Source of the DNA: Candidatus Oxydemutatoraceae bacterium
Lineage (GTDB): Bacteria > Pseudomonadota > Gammaproteobacteria > Poriferisulfidales > Oxydemutatoraceae
Direction of reading: 5' to 3'
NCBI GenBank assembly: GCA_965220085.1
Contig: CBDCOZ010000001.1
Coordinates: forward strand, 1-64,000
DNA length: 64,000 nucleotides
Shown: positions 22,386 through 32,532 of the stretch, piece after piece
Layout of the letters: each line of letters begins with the position of its first letter
Numbering within the stretch: the stretch's first letter is position 1
The notes under the pieces: generated by a model
Database searches by the model: none
Seen by the model: only the letters and a program-made list of their open reading frames with translations
Told to the model about the DNA's origin: nothing
Position numbers and translations under genes: made by a program

Positions 22386-22531
22386 CACAATATTTGCCCC
22401 ATGTGTCCAATATGTCATGGCATCATACACTGCACTCGGAGTTGTTGCTTATTCTTTGGGCAAGCAACGGCCTTTCTTTCGCACTTGTATGTATAATCAA
22501 CTCTCCGACTAACTTTGGGCATATTTGTTCT

Positions 22532-23668
22532 ATGGGCAGGAGCAAAACATTTGAAGCACTCGACCTTGCTGGCAAGTTCTATGAGGCCGCTTTGTGTCCT
22601 GATTTGTTATCACCGCTTCTAAAGTCTGTTGCAGAACATCTCCATTCTACATCTGCTTCGCTACTATTGTGCGACCGAACCAGTAGCAAAGTTAATGTCA
22701 TACAGTACAGTGGCGACATTGACGAGAGCCTATTCAATGAGTACAGAGATTATTACGGCCAGTTGGATATGCCGGCAAAGTGCCTGCCGACAAATCGCGT
22801 AATGCAGACTGCTGATATGTTCGCTAAGCATCCGGAGACTTGGTGCGCTGAGTACGAGGAAGATTTTATTAAACGAGCGGAGATCTATGACCGCATCGGC
22901 TTTAATGCGCAACTGACAGAGGACCAAACCTGTACGCTCGCGATCCAGAGAGGCAGGAAAAAGCGCTACGGCAAGCAGGAGCACCGGTTGCTGGAGCTGC
23001 TGATGCCACATATACAGAAAGCAATGCGTTTGCATCTCAAGATGAGTGCGACCGCTCAACTGCAAGAGATTCTGTCATCGGGCTTTGAGCGCTTCGGCTT
23101 TGGCGTCATTCTCTGTAATCAGAGCGCGCGTCCGATACTAGTCAACAACAGTGCGCGTTCTTTGTTGCAACGGCATCCTGTGTTGAAAATAACCCGCACT
23201 TCGGTGGAAGCGGCTGATACAGGACAGAATCGGCGGTTGCAACGCTTGCTACACAATGCCGCTCAATGTGTTGCCGGCGATGCAGCGGATGGTGACGACA
23301 CTGTTCGGATAAACTGCGACGGCCATACGCTGAATATCACAGTTTTCCCAATGGCTATGCACAGCGTTGCGGCCTTGCCGCTTTCCAAAGCGACCGCCGC
23401 GCTGGTTATTGTCGACCCCGCCGGCCTTGCTGTGCCTCCTAATCGCCTAATTCGCATGTACGGCTTGACCAAAGCCGAGGCACGTCTTGCGCTGGAAGTG
23501 ACCAGAGGGCTGTCGCTGCAGGAGATTTCAGAAAAGCGCCACACCAGTATCAATACCTTGCGCGCCCAGTTGAAGGGTGTCTTCGTTAAGATGGACGCGC
23601 AACGGCAATCGGATGTGGTACGCGGGGTCGTACAAGCGATTCCCGGCAGCATATTCACGCCAAACTAA
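22532..23668 (+). CDS. LuxR-type helix-turn-helix regulator with N-terminal sensor/PAS-like region
   Basis: C-terminal YGLTKAEARLA...GLSLQEIS...SINTLRAQLKGVFVK...RQSDVV. Confidence 0.85.
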   Translation: MGRSKTFEALDLAGKFYEAALCPDLLSPLLKSVAEHLHSTSASLLLCDRTSSKVNVIQYSGDIDESLFNEYRDYYGQLDMPAKCLPTNRVMQTADMFAKHPETWCAEYEEDFIKRAEIYDRIGFNAQLTEDQTCTLAIQRGRKKRYGKQEHRLLELLMPHIQKAMRLHLKMSATAQLQEILSSGFERFGFGVILCNQSARPILVNNSARSLLQRHPVLKITRTSVEAADTGQNRRLQRLLHNAAQCVAGDAADGDDTVRINCDGHTLNITVFPMAMHSVAALPLSKATAALVIVDPAGLAVPPNRLIRMYGLTKAEARLALEVTRGLSLQEISEKRHTSINTLRAQLKGVFVKMDAQRQSDVVRGVVQAIPGSIFTPN

Positions 23669-23756
23669 GATATTCTCTGCCACTTCTAGCGTTGGAATCT
23701 GCCCGCGACGGCGCTGGCGGATGCCGAGATGCCATGTCAAATAACTGGGAAATTTA

Positions 23757-23837
23757 ACCCATTTGGGTGATGACTGACATGCGGGAGAGGCATACCATAT
23801 AAAAATATATTCGTAATGCCAGCGGATAGAACTGGCA
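23757..23837 (+). promoter_or_regulatory. palindrome ACCCATTTGGGT and conserved TGCCAG-N9-CTGGCA site upstream of a secreted-protein gene
   Basis: The second palindrome recurs at 34698, 36318 and 38825. Confidence 0.5.
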
Positions 23838-23867
23838 ACCTGATAATTTCTGAGGACTGTTTGAGAA

Positions 23868-25292
23868 ATGAAAAAATTACTTTGTATCATCCTGCTATTG
23901 GGGGCGGCATCAGTGTGGGCAAACCCCATGACCGTGCCCCAAGATGTGTTAACCATAGCCCAAGCCGCTGAGGAACCTTTGAAGTTGCGCTTGCGCGTAT
24001 TCCTCGAAGGCCCCCTGCGAGGCGGTTCGTCCTCGCCCGGGGGTATCCGGTCAGGATCGCAAAGCAATCCAATCACACTAACGCTGGGAAGAGACGTATC
24101 GGGGACTATCAATCCGCCCAGCACCGTTTACTACCGTTTTACGGTGTCTACGCGCACACAGGTTACGATTACAACCGCCGGCACAACTGACAGAAGCGTC
24201 TTCTTGGAAAACAGTGAGGGCGGAACATTGGATGTTAACTTTTCTTCTGACGGAGAGACCATCGAGATAACTTCGATTCTTACAGCAGGCACTTATTACA
24301 TAATAGTTGGCGGAGTGGGCCTTGTTGATGAACCACCAGGAAGTTACACTCTGATGACAACTGGTGTGCCCATACCAGATATTCCCCTAACATTGGGAGA
24401 AAGCGTATTAGGGACTATCAATCTGGACGCTCCCAATTACTACCGCTTTACGCTGTCTACGCGCACACAGGTGACGATCGCAACCACCGGCACAACTGAC
24501 ACACTCGGAATATTGGAAAACAGTGAGAACATAGTGTTGGCATTTAATTATGATATTAGTAACGAGAATCCAAATTTCAGAATTACTCGGACTCTTGCAA
24601 CAGGCACTTATTACATTATCGTTTCGCTAGACTTTGGGGCAGACTCAGGAAGCTACACTCTGATGGCAACCACAGCGACCGCATCAGATATTCCCCTGAC
24701 ATTGGGAGAAAGCGTATCAGGGACTATCAATCCGGACGTTCCCAATTACTACCGGTTTACGGTGTCTACGCGCACACTGGTTACAATTGCAAGCACCGGA
24801 ACAGCCGACACACAAGGAATATTAGAAGACAGTGCGGGCAGACTGGTGAGATCAGGTTTTGTATCCCATCCTTTCGGATTTGCTGTGACTCTTGAACCAG
24901 ACACTTATTACTTTAGCATTGAGGGAGCTTTTTTTGACACAGGAAGTTACACCCTGATGACAACTGGTACGCCCATACCAGATATTCCCCTAACATTGGG
25001 AGAAGGCGTATTAGGGACTATCAATCCGGACGCTCCCAATTACTACCGCTTTACGGTGTCTACGCGCACACAGGTTACTATTGAAACCACCGGAACAACC
25101 GACACATTCGGAATATTGGACAACAGTGAGAACATAGCGTTGGCATTTAATTCTGATATTAGTAACGAGAATCCAAATTTCAGAATTACTCGGACTCTTG
25201 AACCGGGCACTTATTACATACTCGTTAGGGGCGAGTTTATTGACACGAGAGGAAGCTACACTCTGATTACAACCGCAAGGCCTGCGCCTTGA
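23868..25292 (+). CDS. secreted protein with four tandem PPC-like (pre-peptidase C-terminal) domains
   Basis: Signal peptide; four ~105-aa repeats YYRFTVSTRTQVTI.TTGTTDT...L..GTYYI...GSYTL. Confidence 0.8.
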   Translation: MKKLLCIILLLGAASVWANPMTVPQDVLTIAQAAEEPLKLRLRVFLEGPLRGGSSSPGGIRSGSQSNPITLTLGRDVSGTINPPSTVYYRFTVSTRTQVTITTAGTTDRSVFLENSEGGTLDVNFSSDGETIEITSILTAGTYYIIVGGVGLVDEPPGSYTLMTTGVPIPDIPLTLGESVLGTINLDAPNYYRFTLSTRTQVTIATTGTTDTLGILENSENIVLAFNYDISNENPNFRITRTLATGTYYIIVSLDFGADSGSYTLMATTATASDIPLTLGESVSGTINPDVPNYYRFTVSTRTLVTIASTGTADTQGILEDSAGRLVRSGFVSHPFGFAVTLEPDTYYFSIEGAFFDTGSYTLMTTGTPIPDIPLTLGEGVLGTINPDAPNYYRFTVSTRTQVTIETTGTTDTFGILDNSENIALAFNSDISNENPNFRITRTLEPGTYYILVRGEFIDTRGSYTLITTARPAP

Positions 25293-25344
25293 TGTGCCGG
25301 CGCATCGCCGAGATTGAGCAATGCGAAAATGAAAAGCACATATA

Positions 25345-26270
25345 ATCTTAATGCGGCTTGTGTGTAGACCGGACAAGCCGCATCTTTCTTTGAGGGGGAG
25401 ACCGATATCAAAAAAGCGCTTTTGGTCATCCTGACTTTTGCGCTTGGGCTTGTTGCTGCTAGTCATGCTGTTGGGTGGGAGGAGCCGAGGCGTTCGGGCA
25501 AGCACAATGTTTATCGGTATCTCGGTTGTCACGAAGATATGAATTATGTCCAACTCGAGCAGTGTGAGGCAGAGGCCGATCGCATACTGTGGCAACTGGC
25601 TAAAGCGGCAAAAGCGTCGACAATGACACGAGGGGAAAATATGCGTATAATGCGAGCATCGGCATCTGAGGAAAGATCGAAAAAGTTGCAACAACGCGCA
25701 AGGGAGGTTTCTACTTTTATGCCCTGCGCGTAGTGAAACTGTCCGGTATGTTTACACCTTCATCGCCGAGACAGAGCAAAAGACTCGATAACACTCCTCA
25801 GGTATCGAACGGAGCAGAGTGGCATGCGAAAGCATTGCCGCTCTGCTCCACTTTTTGCAATGCGAAGCTTGTTGTCGGGCCCGAGCAACGGAACCCGGAG
25901 AGTTATTCGACTAACACAAAACTATTTTTGCCAATCAGTTGATTAGTAACCCGTAGCATCGCACGAACAACGAGCGACATAACAGAACGAAACTTTTTAA
26001 ACCTTCATAGTCTATGCTGTGGTGCATTTCGAGTTGAGCGCCAAGCGCCCTGTGGCACAAACATGAAGCGCCGGATGAACGGGCGGCCAAAGTTACAACG
26101 GTCGCAAGCGACCGATGGAACTTTGCCCCCGCGCCGCCCGTGTGAGGCCGGTGCGCGACCCCGGCAGAAACACATCCGAGGCGCAAGCCAACCGCTTTGC
26201 GCAGGGAGTGCGAGCGCGCCGAGCGCGTACTGCGCCGCCAGCGCAAGCCGCCCCGTGCGCCGGCATCGCG
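25345..26270 (+). repeat. ~0.9-kb repeated module (copy 1) containing a decayed exported-protein gene
   Basis: Homologous to 34995-35870 and partly to 38050-38640. Confidence 0.8.
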
Positions 26271-26275
26271 GTGTG

Positions 26276-26372
26276 CGCCGCCGCCGCCAGCGCCGCCTCG
26301 GTACCGGCGTGCCCGCCACTGACGACAATTACCTCAAATTCTTGCTGATTAACCACGCCGCACATTCTACCG
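26276..26372 (-). pseudogene. mnmG: 5' fragment of mnmG with its upstream sequence
   Basis: [26 protein letters not shown], near-identical to 20845-20934. Confidence 0.88.
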
Positions 26373-26455
26373 CTCTCCCTAATATTCCCTCTTGTGGGGA
26401 GTCGGCGTTCGGCAATGCTTTCGCCGCAGAGGGGAGCAATGCTAGAATGTGTCGC

Positions 26456-26923
26456 ATGGCTACAAAATTTTTCAGCCTGATATTGTTCATCGCCGTCGCC
26501 GCTCTAATAGCTGTGACCATTAACAAAGTGTCGCTCTCCGAGCGCGAACAGAATGCGCAAGACCTGACGGAGCAGGCGATACTCCTGTACGACACAGAAG
26601 GTCGCGAACAGGCGTTTGCAAAAATTACCGCTCAGCAGCTAAGCAGCGCAGACAAAGGCTACCCTTTTGTGCTTGACCCCCGCACGGGGAAGAGAGTTGC
26701 GCACGGCGCGTATAAAGACCGCGTCGGCACGGTAAGCATTCTGGCAAAGACCCGCAATGACGAAGGTGTGCCCCTGATAGAGAGTGCCACCGCCGAAGGC
26801 GTCTGGGTTGAGTATGTCGTTCTTAATCCGGCAAGCGGGAAAGACGATCCTAAGAGGTCATTCATCAAGCTCCATGATGGATATGTATTCGGTGCCGGAT
26901 ACTACACCCCCGACAAAAAGTAA
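26456..26923 (+). CDS. stand-alone single Cache domain protein
   Basis: N-terminal hydrophobic helix; YPFVLD...VAHG...GVWVEY...NP.SGK..PKRSFI...YVFGAGYY. Confidence 0.75.
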   Translation: MATKFFSLILFIAVAALIAVTINKVSLSEREQNAQDLTEQAILLYDTEGREQAFAKITAQQLSSADKGYPFVLDPRTGKRVAHGAYKDRVGTVSILAKTRNDEGVPLIESATAEGVWVEYVVLNPASGKDDPKRSFIKLHDGYVFGAGYYTPDKK

Positions 26924-27100
26924 GGTTACATATCTGCCGCCGTCCATCATTAACTAATACTCTCCCCTTGCGGGAGAGTCATATTATAGTGCCTTTGTAA
27001 TCTTTTCTGCAGGCGTTTGCATATAGTTTGTTATGTGCTCATACATAGGGTCAACCCAGTGTTTTTGATAATATGAAACTTTCCTAACGGAGGTGCTCCT

Positions 27101-28624
27101 ATGAACATTAAATATATCGCTTATCCCGATGCTATTCTTTATAAGGCAAAAGATTGCAAAGAAGTATTAAAACAACTTCTGTGGGGTGACAAGTGTGAAA
27201 TTAAGAAAGAATCTAAAAAAGAGGTTCAAGTTTCTGTGCGTGGCACAATTGGCTGGCTTAAGAATAAGGAGGAGCAGCTACAGGAACATCCAATCATGGA
27301 AATTAATTTTGTTGATGTTGGCCAAGGAGACGGTTGTCATATCCATACTCCGGGAAATAAAGTGGTAGTGATTGATGCTGGCAAAGGGTATGAAATGTAT
27401 AACTTCCTGGCTTGGCGATATAACAATTTTAAGGACCGAGCTGCTATTCATGCGGCAATCATTTCCCATCCTGATCAAGATCATTACGGAGGGTTTGCTC
27501 ATTTTTATAAGCCCAAGCACGAATATCTGTCGGATAAAAAGATAAAAATAAAAAACCTTCTTCACAACTCAATTGTTGATAGGGGTAGCGAAAAAATAGG
27601 CAAGGTCCCAAACAAAGATTTGACAGAGTTAATATCTGGTTACCACGAACTGAAAGGCTTAATAGCTAAGAACAAGAAAGGTAAGTATTTAGAGGTAATG
27701 GAGGGGTTATCAAGTATGGTTGAGTCTCCCAAGAATAATAAAAGTAACAAGCATATTTTCGGCATTGTGTCACGCGGAGAAGAAGACGGCACATTTACTC
27801 TAGCCAATGGTCGCAGACCCGAAAAAATTAAGAACTTAAGCAAGCTACTATCTAAGAAAAGAGGAAGTGTGCGCTTTAACTTCAAAGTGATTGCGCCTAT
27901 ACCTAGAAGAGAAGGGACAGGAAACCGCAAAAAAAGATACCTGCCGTTTTTTAACAACAGCTCAAAAACAAAAAATGGTCATTCCATTGTCATCATGTTA
28001 GAGGTAGCAAATAAAAATAAAGAAAAAGTTCGGATTCTTCTCGGGGGAGACCTGAATAAAGAATCACAAGAATATCTAATGGAAGATTATGAACGCAAAA
28101 GAATGGGAGGTATTTTTTCTGCTGATGTAGCAAAGGCTTGTCATCACGGAAGCAGCGAGGTATCTCCTGATTTTATGAGAATAGTTTGCCCCATAGCGAC
28201 CGTTGTTTCTTCCGGGGATAAGGAACCGCATTGTCATCCGAGACCTGACACACTGGGCCTTATAGGCAAAACAAGCCGTGGAGACAAGCCGCTTATTTTT
28301 TCCACCGAACTCGCGCGGCCTAACTTCGATAAGTTTGGCACCGATAAAAAAGAATTAAAACAAGCTATAGAAAGCCACAAAAAAGATAAGGAGGCACAAG
28401 AATACATAAAAGCAGTGAATGAAATCAGAAGTTTGTCTGCTGCTTATGGAACCATCACCGTACTTACCGATGGAAGCCGCATCATGATAGCTCAAAGAAA
28501 TGAAATGAAAAACCTAGGTAGCAAAAAAGCTTGGGATCTTTTTGCCATAGAAAGAAAGAAGGGCAAGTTAGAGTTTGTCGGGAAACCGCGCCGCAAGCGA
28601 AGGGCAATGCGGAGAGGGGGCTAA
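27101..28624 (+). CDS. ComEC/Rec2-like metallo-beta-lactamase-fold hydrolase
   Basis: FVDVGQGDG, IDAG, SHPDQDHYGG, NGHSIV, LLGGD, KACHHGS, HCHP; low GC. Confidence 0.8.
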   Translation: MNIKYIAYPDAILYKAKDCKEVLKQLLWGDKCEIKKESKKEVQVSVRGTIGWLKNKEEQLQEHPIMEINFVDVGQGDGCHIHTPGNKVVVIDAGKGYEMYNFLAWRYNNFKDRAAIHAAIISHPDQDHYGGFAHFYKPKHEYLSDKKIKIKNLLHNSIVDRGSEKIGKVPNKDLTELISGYHELKGLIAKNKKGKYLEVMEGLSSMVESPKNNKSNKHIFGIVSRGEEDGTFTLANGRRPEKIKNLSKLLSKKRGSVRFNFKVIAPIPRREGTGNRKKRYLPFFNNSSKTKNGHSIVIMLEVANKNKEKVRILLGGDLNKESQEYLMEDYERKRMGGIFSADVAKACHHGSSEVSPDFMRIVCPIATVVSSGDKEPHCHPRPDTLGLIGKTSRGDKPLIFSTELARPNFDKFGTDKKELKQAIESHKKDKEAQEYIKAVNEIRSLSAAYGTITVLTDGSRIMIAQRNEMKNLGSKKAWDLFAIERKKGKLEFVGKPRRKRRAMRRGG

Positions 28625-28743
28625 GTTTGCAGAAACTACAAAGCTATTTTCTTCCTCGCCGACTCTCCCGCGAGGGGAGAGTGTTGTTTGCCCGCGAGGG
28701 GAGAGTCATTTGATGTGCGGCTGGCAACCGCCGCAGGTGGCGC

Positions 28744-29865
28744 TTAGCCGGGCCGTGTGTCGTTTATGATGCGCATAAGTCGGGTGAAGCACAGTATGGC
28801 AGCCTGCCCGCCGCGACCCGGTCGTATCGTATCCAGAATTCCGGCAGCTGTTATGCTACGCAATAAGTTGCTGACAGTAGTGCGATTGACCCCGTAATCC
28901 CGGTGCATCTGTCTGGCTAGGTCGGGGACCGAAAAAATGGGTTTGCTGAATATGGCATCCAGAATATAAACAATGTATTGTGAATGGGTTATCTTGCGGA
29001 CGCGCTCTTGCATATCCTTGCGCAGGCTCTGAATGGCGGAGACTCTTCTGGCATTGGTTTTGGCATGTTCGGCAATCGCATTGAGAAAAAACGCCACCCA
29101 ATCGCTCCATGCGCCCTCATCCGAGATGGCCAAAAGATGACGGTAATATGCTTGGCGATGTTTCTCAAGATACTCGGAAAGGTAGAACATGGGTTGTGAC
29201 AAGGCTTTCTTGTAGTACAAAAACAGCGGTATCAGCATCCGCCCGACACGCCCATTGCCATCATTAAAAGGGTGCAGAATCTCAAACTGGGCGTGCATCA
29301 CAGCGGTTTGCAACAGCGGATCAAGGTCATCCGATGCCATGTATTGCTCCCATGCTCGCAAATGCTCCTCCAAAACAAGCGGTTCTGGTGGCACAAAGCG
29401 CGCTTCTGCGATGGCGCTACCGGGGCGGCCTATGTAGTTTTGGGTCGTGCGAAACGCCCCCGGCGTCTTGTCCTGACCGCGCACCTCCTCCATCAACAGC
29501 CCATGCAATTGACGCACTAAGTGTAGCGACAACGGACGCGATTTTTGCAGATACGCATGGCCTTCCCTCAAAGCGGTTCGGTAGTTGATGATTTCTCTGA
29601 AGCCATAATACTTATCTTCCTTGTCGGGCGACCCGGCCTCATACTTAAAAACCTCGTCCAGAGTTGCCTGAGTTCCCTCTATTCTGGATGACAGGGTCGC
29701 CTCTTGGTCGGTGAGGGGTGATAACATCACACCGGGGTTGGGTATGCTCTGCAACATCCCTGTATAGTGCGCCAGAGTAGCATTGGCACGTCCCACCAAA
29801 GGTAACAACCTCCTATGGTCCAGGCGATTATTCAGGGGTAAGTTGTCAGGCTGGCAAGGCTTCAT
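28744..29865 (-). CDS. Fic family protein with intact motifs
   Basis: Inhibitory SSRIEG and catalytic HPFNDGNGRVGR. Confidence 0.92.
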   Translation of the reverse strand: MKPCQPDNLPLNNRLDHRRLLPLVGRANATLAHYTGMLQSIPNPGVMLSPLTDQEATLSSRIEGTQATLDEVFKYEAGSPDKEDKYYGFREIINYRTALREGHAYLQKSRPLSLHLVRQLHGLLMEEVRGQDKTPGAFRTTQNYIGRPGSAIAEARFVPPEPLVLEEHLRAWEQYMASDDLDPLLQTAVMHAQFEILHPFNDGNGRVGRMLIPLFLYYKKALSQPMFYLSEYLEKHRQAYYRHLLAISDEGAWSDWVAFFLNAIAEHAKTNARRVSAIQSLRKDMQERVRKITHSQYIVYILDAIFSKPIFSVPDLARQMHRDYGVNRTTVSNLLRSITAAGILDTIRPGRGGQAAILCFTRLMRIINDTRPG

Positions 29866-30088
29866 CGGGGCAAGTCCATTCTGTGAAAATGCCCCATTAT
29901 ATCAGACTTGTGGCAAAAAATGAATTTTTCGATGCAAGTTGGCAAACTTGTAGCGCAGCGTTTACAAGTTTGAATAATTTCCGATAAAACAGTGTCTTAG
30001 AGACGGGTTGCGATTTGGTGAGCGATTCGGCTAAGGAAGGGTGCGCACCATGCTAACCATCGCTCCCCCCTCGCTGAGTGCAAGTAAT

Positions 30089-30227
30089 ACTCTCCCCTTG
30101 TGGGAGAGTCGGCGTAGTTGTGCTACGCCGGAGAGGGGGAAAGGAAGGTTCGTGCAAGAAGCTCCCCCTCACCGCATCGTCCTTCGCCTTCGGCTCGTCC
30201 TCTGCGACTCTCCCGCGAGGGGAGAGT
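30089..30227. mobile_element. 139-bp MITE-like element
   Basis: Terminal IRs ACTCTCCCCTTGTGGGAGAGTCG ... CGACTCTCCCGCGAGGGGAGAGT; near-identical to 32220-32358. Confidence 0.75.
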
Positions 30228-30390
30228 GTTTCCCCCTCACCGGTGCGCTTGCGGGGATGGTGCGAGAGGAGCGTGTTGGAGTAGCTGCCGCTAGGCTACC
30301 TGCTAGCCAGCCCCCTTAGCTTACCGACTCTCCCGCGAGGGGAGAGTCATGCGATGTGCGGAAGGGGGCGGCAACCGCCGCAGGCGGCGC

Positions 30391-31506
30391 TTAGCCGGGC
30401 TGGCTGTCGTTTAGGATGCGCATAAGTCGGGTGAGGCACAGTATCGTCGCACACCCGCCGCGACCCTGTCGTGTTGTATCCAGAACTCCGGCAGCCACTA
30501 GGTTGCGCACCAGGTTGTTGACAGTGGTGCGATTGATTCCGTGACTCCGGTGCATCTGTCCGGCTAGGTCGGGGATTGAAAAAATGGGTTTGGCGAATAC
30601 GGTGTCCATAAGAGGAACAATGTATCGCGAAGGGCTTATCTTGCGGACGCGCTCGTGTATATCCTTGCGCAGACTCTGAATGGCGGCGACTCTTCTCATA
30701 CCGGCTTCGGCATGTTCGGCAATCGCATTGAGAAAAAACGCCACCCAATCGCTCCATGCGCCCTCATTCGAGATGGCCAAAAGATGACGGTAATATGCTT
30801 GGCGATGTTTCTCAAGATACTCGGAAGGGTAGAATGTGGGTTGTGGCGAGGCTCCCTTGTAGTACAAAAATAGCGGTATCAGCATCCGCCCGACCCGCCC
30901 GTTGCCATCATAAAAAGGGCGCAACATCTCAAACTGGGCGTGCATCACAGCGGTCTGCAACAGCGGGTCAAGGTCATCCGATGCCATGTATTGCTCCCAT
31001 GCTTGCAAGCGCTCCTCCAACGCAAGCGGTTCCGGCGGCACAAAGCGCGCCTCTGCGATGGCGCCGCCGGGGCGGCCCATGTGGGTTTGGGCGGTGCGAA
31101 ACTCCCCCGGCGTCTCGTCCTGACCGCGCACCCCCTCCATCAACAGCTCATGCAATTGACGCACTAAGCGCAACGACAACGGACGCGATTTTTGCAGATG
31201 CGCATGGCCTTCTCTCAAAGCGGTTCGGTAGTTGATGATGATTCTGAAGCCATAATATTTGTCTCCCTTGTCGGGCAATCCGGCATCATGCCCAAGAACC
31301 TCGTCCAGAGTCGCCTGCGTTCCGCCTATTGCGGATGACAGCGTCGCCTCTTGGACGGTGAGGGGTGATAACATCGCATCGGGTATGTCCTGTAGCATCC
31401 TTGTGTAGCGCGTCAGGGTAACGTTGGCCCGCCCCACTAGAGGCAGCAACCTCCTATGGTCCAGGCGATCATTCAAGGGTAAGTTGTCGGGTTGGTAAGG
31501 TTTCAT
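30391..31506 (-). CDS. Fic paralog with degenerate active site
   Basis: Close paralog of 28744-29865; SSAIGG and RPFYDGNGRVGR. Confidence 0.88.
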   Translation of the reverse strand: MKPYQPDNLPLNDRLDHRRLLPLVGRANVTLTRYTRMLQDIPDAMLSPLTVQEATLSSAIGGTQATLDEVLGHDAGLPDKGDKYYGFRIIINYRTALREGHAHLQKSRPLSLRLVRQLHELLMEGVRGQDETPGEFRTAQTHMGRPGGAIAEARFVPPEPLALEERLQAWEQYMASDDLDPLLQTAVMHAQFEMLRPFYDGNGRVGRMLIPLFLYYKGASPQPTFYPSEYLEKHRQAYYRHLLAISNEGAWSDWVAFFLNAIAEHAEAGMRRVAAIQSLRKDIHERVRKISPSRYIVPLMDTVFAKPIFSIPDLAGQMHRSHGINRTTVNNLVRNLVAAGVLDTTRQGRGGCATILCLTRLMRILNDSQPG

Positions 31507-31740
31507 CGGGGCAAGTCCATTTTGTGAAAATATCCCATTGTATCAGACTTGTGGCAGAAAATGAAATTTTTGCTACAAGTCGGCAAACTTGTAGCACAGC
31601 GCATACAAGTTTGAATAATTGCCGATAAAACAGTGTCTTAGAGACGGGTTGCGACTCGGCTAAGGGGGACTGCGCATAATGCTCACCATCATTCTCTCCT
31701 TGTGGGGGAATTGCTCGCACTCAGTGCAGAGGCCGAAAGG

Positions 31741-31803
31741 CAGCAACCTCCTATGGTTCAGGCGATTATTCAGGGGCAAGTTGTCAGGTTGGCAAGGCTT
31801 CAT
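31741..31803 (-). pseudogene. third fic copy, 5' 21 codons only
   Basis: MKPCQPDNLPLNNRLNHRRLL with the same upstream region as the other two copies. Confidence 0.8.
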
Positions 31804-31942
31804 CGGGGCAAGTCCATTCTGTGAGAATGCCCCGTCATGTCATACTTGTAGCGCAGGGTTTACAAGTTTGAATAATTGCCGATAAAACAGTGGCTTAGAG
31901 ACAGGTTGCGAGTCGGCTAAGGAAGGGTGCACACCATGCTAA

Positions 31943-32216
31943 CCATCGCTCCCCTCGCGTGGGGACAAATGATTACCCGAAGTCGGATGTGGTGGCATTA
32001 TACCATCACTCCCCCCTCGCATGGGACAAATTTGTTGCGATGCGCGCGACGCCTCGGCGTCTCGCATCACTCCCCCCTCGCATGGGACAAATACACGATT
32101 GAAGTGCGTTTAATCCCCGTTTAAATCATTCCCCCCTCTGTGGGACAAATATCACTCTCCTCTTGTGGGTGCTCTGTCGACGCACTGCCGCTCGATTTCC
32201 CTCGCGTGGGACAAAT
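31943..32216. CRISPR. orphan CRISPR-like mini-array: 4 repeats, 3 unique spacers, plus a degenerate fifth unit
   Basis: Core repeat ATCACTCCCCCCTCGCATGGGACAAAT (exact at 32005 and 32066, variants at 31945 and 32125, partial at 32198); 32-34-nt unique intervals; no cas genes in the window. Confidence 0.7.
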
Positions 32217-32219
32217 ATC

Positions 32220-32358
32220 ACTCTCCCCTTGTGGGAGAGTCGGCGTAGCTGTGCTACGCCGGAGAGGGGGAAAGGAAGGTTCGTGCAAGAAGCTCCCCCT
32301 CACCGCATCGTCCTTCGCCTTCGGCTCGTCCTCTGCGACTCTCCCACGAGGGGAGAGT
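32220..32358. mobile_element. 139-bp MITE-like element
   Basis: Copy of 30089-30227. Confidence 0.75.
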
Positions 32359-32411
32359 GTTTCCCCCTCACCAGTGCGCTTGCGAGGATGGTGCGAGGGG
32401 AGCGGAGCGGG

Positions 32412-32532
32412 CAAGCTCTTTGCGATATTTTGCGGCTGCGCCGGGTCGGTTATGCGCTCGGATTTAATTTGCAAAATCGGAATCTTGTCAATAAGCTCCC
32501 CGCCGCTAATGGGTGCGATGATGCGTTTTCTT
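32412..32532 (-). pseudogene. DUF6165-like N-terminal fragment
   Basis: IIAPISGGELIDKIPILQIKSERITDPAQ. Confidence 0.55.

Noticed and set aside
23609-23619. Protospacer match to spacer 1 (TCGGATGTGGT)
   Set aside because: Only 11 bp; compatible with chance.
24070-25275. Internal DNA repeats as a non-coding array
   Set aside because: Explained by four in-frame PPC-like domains.
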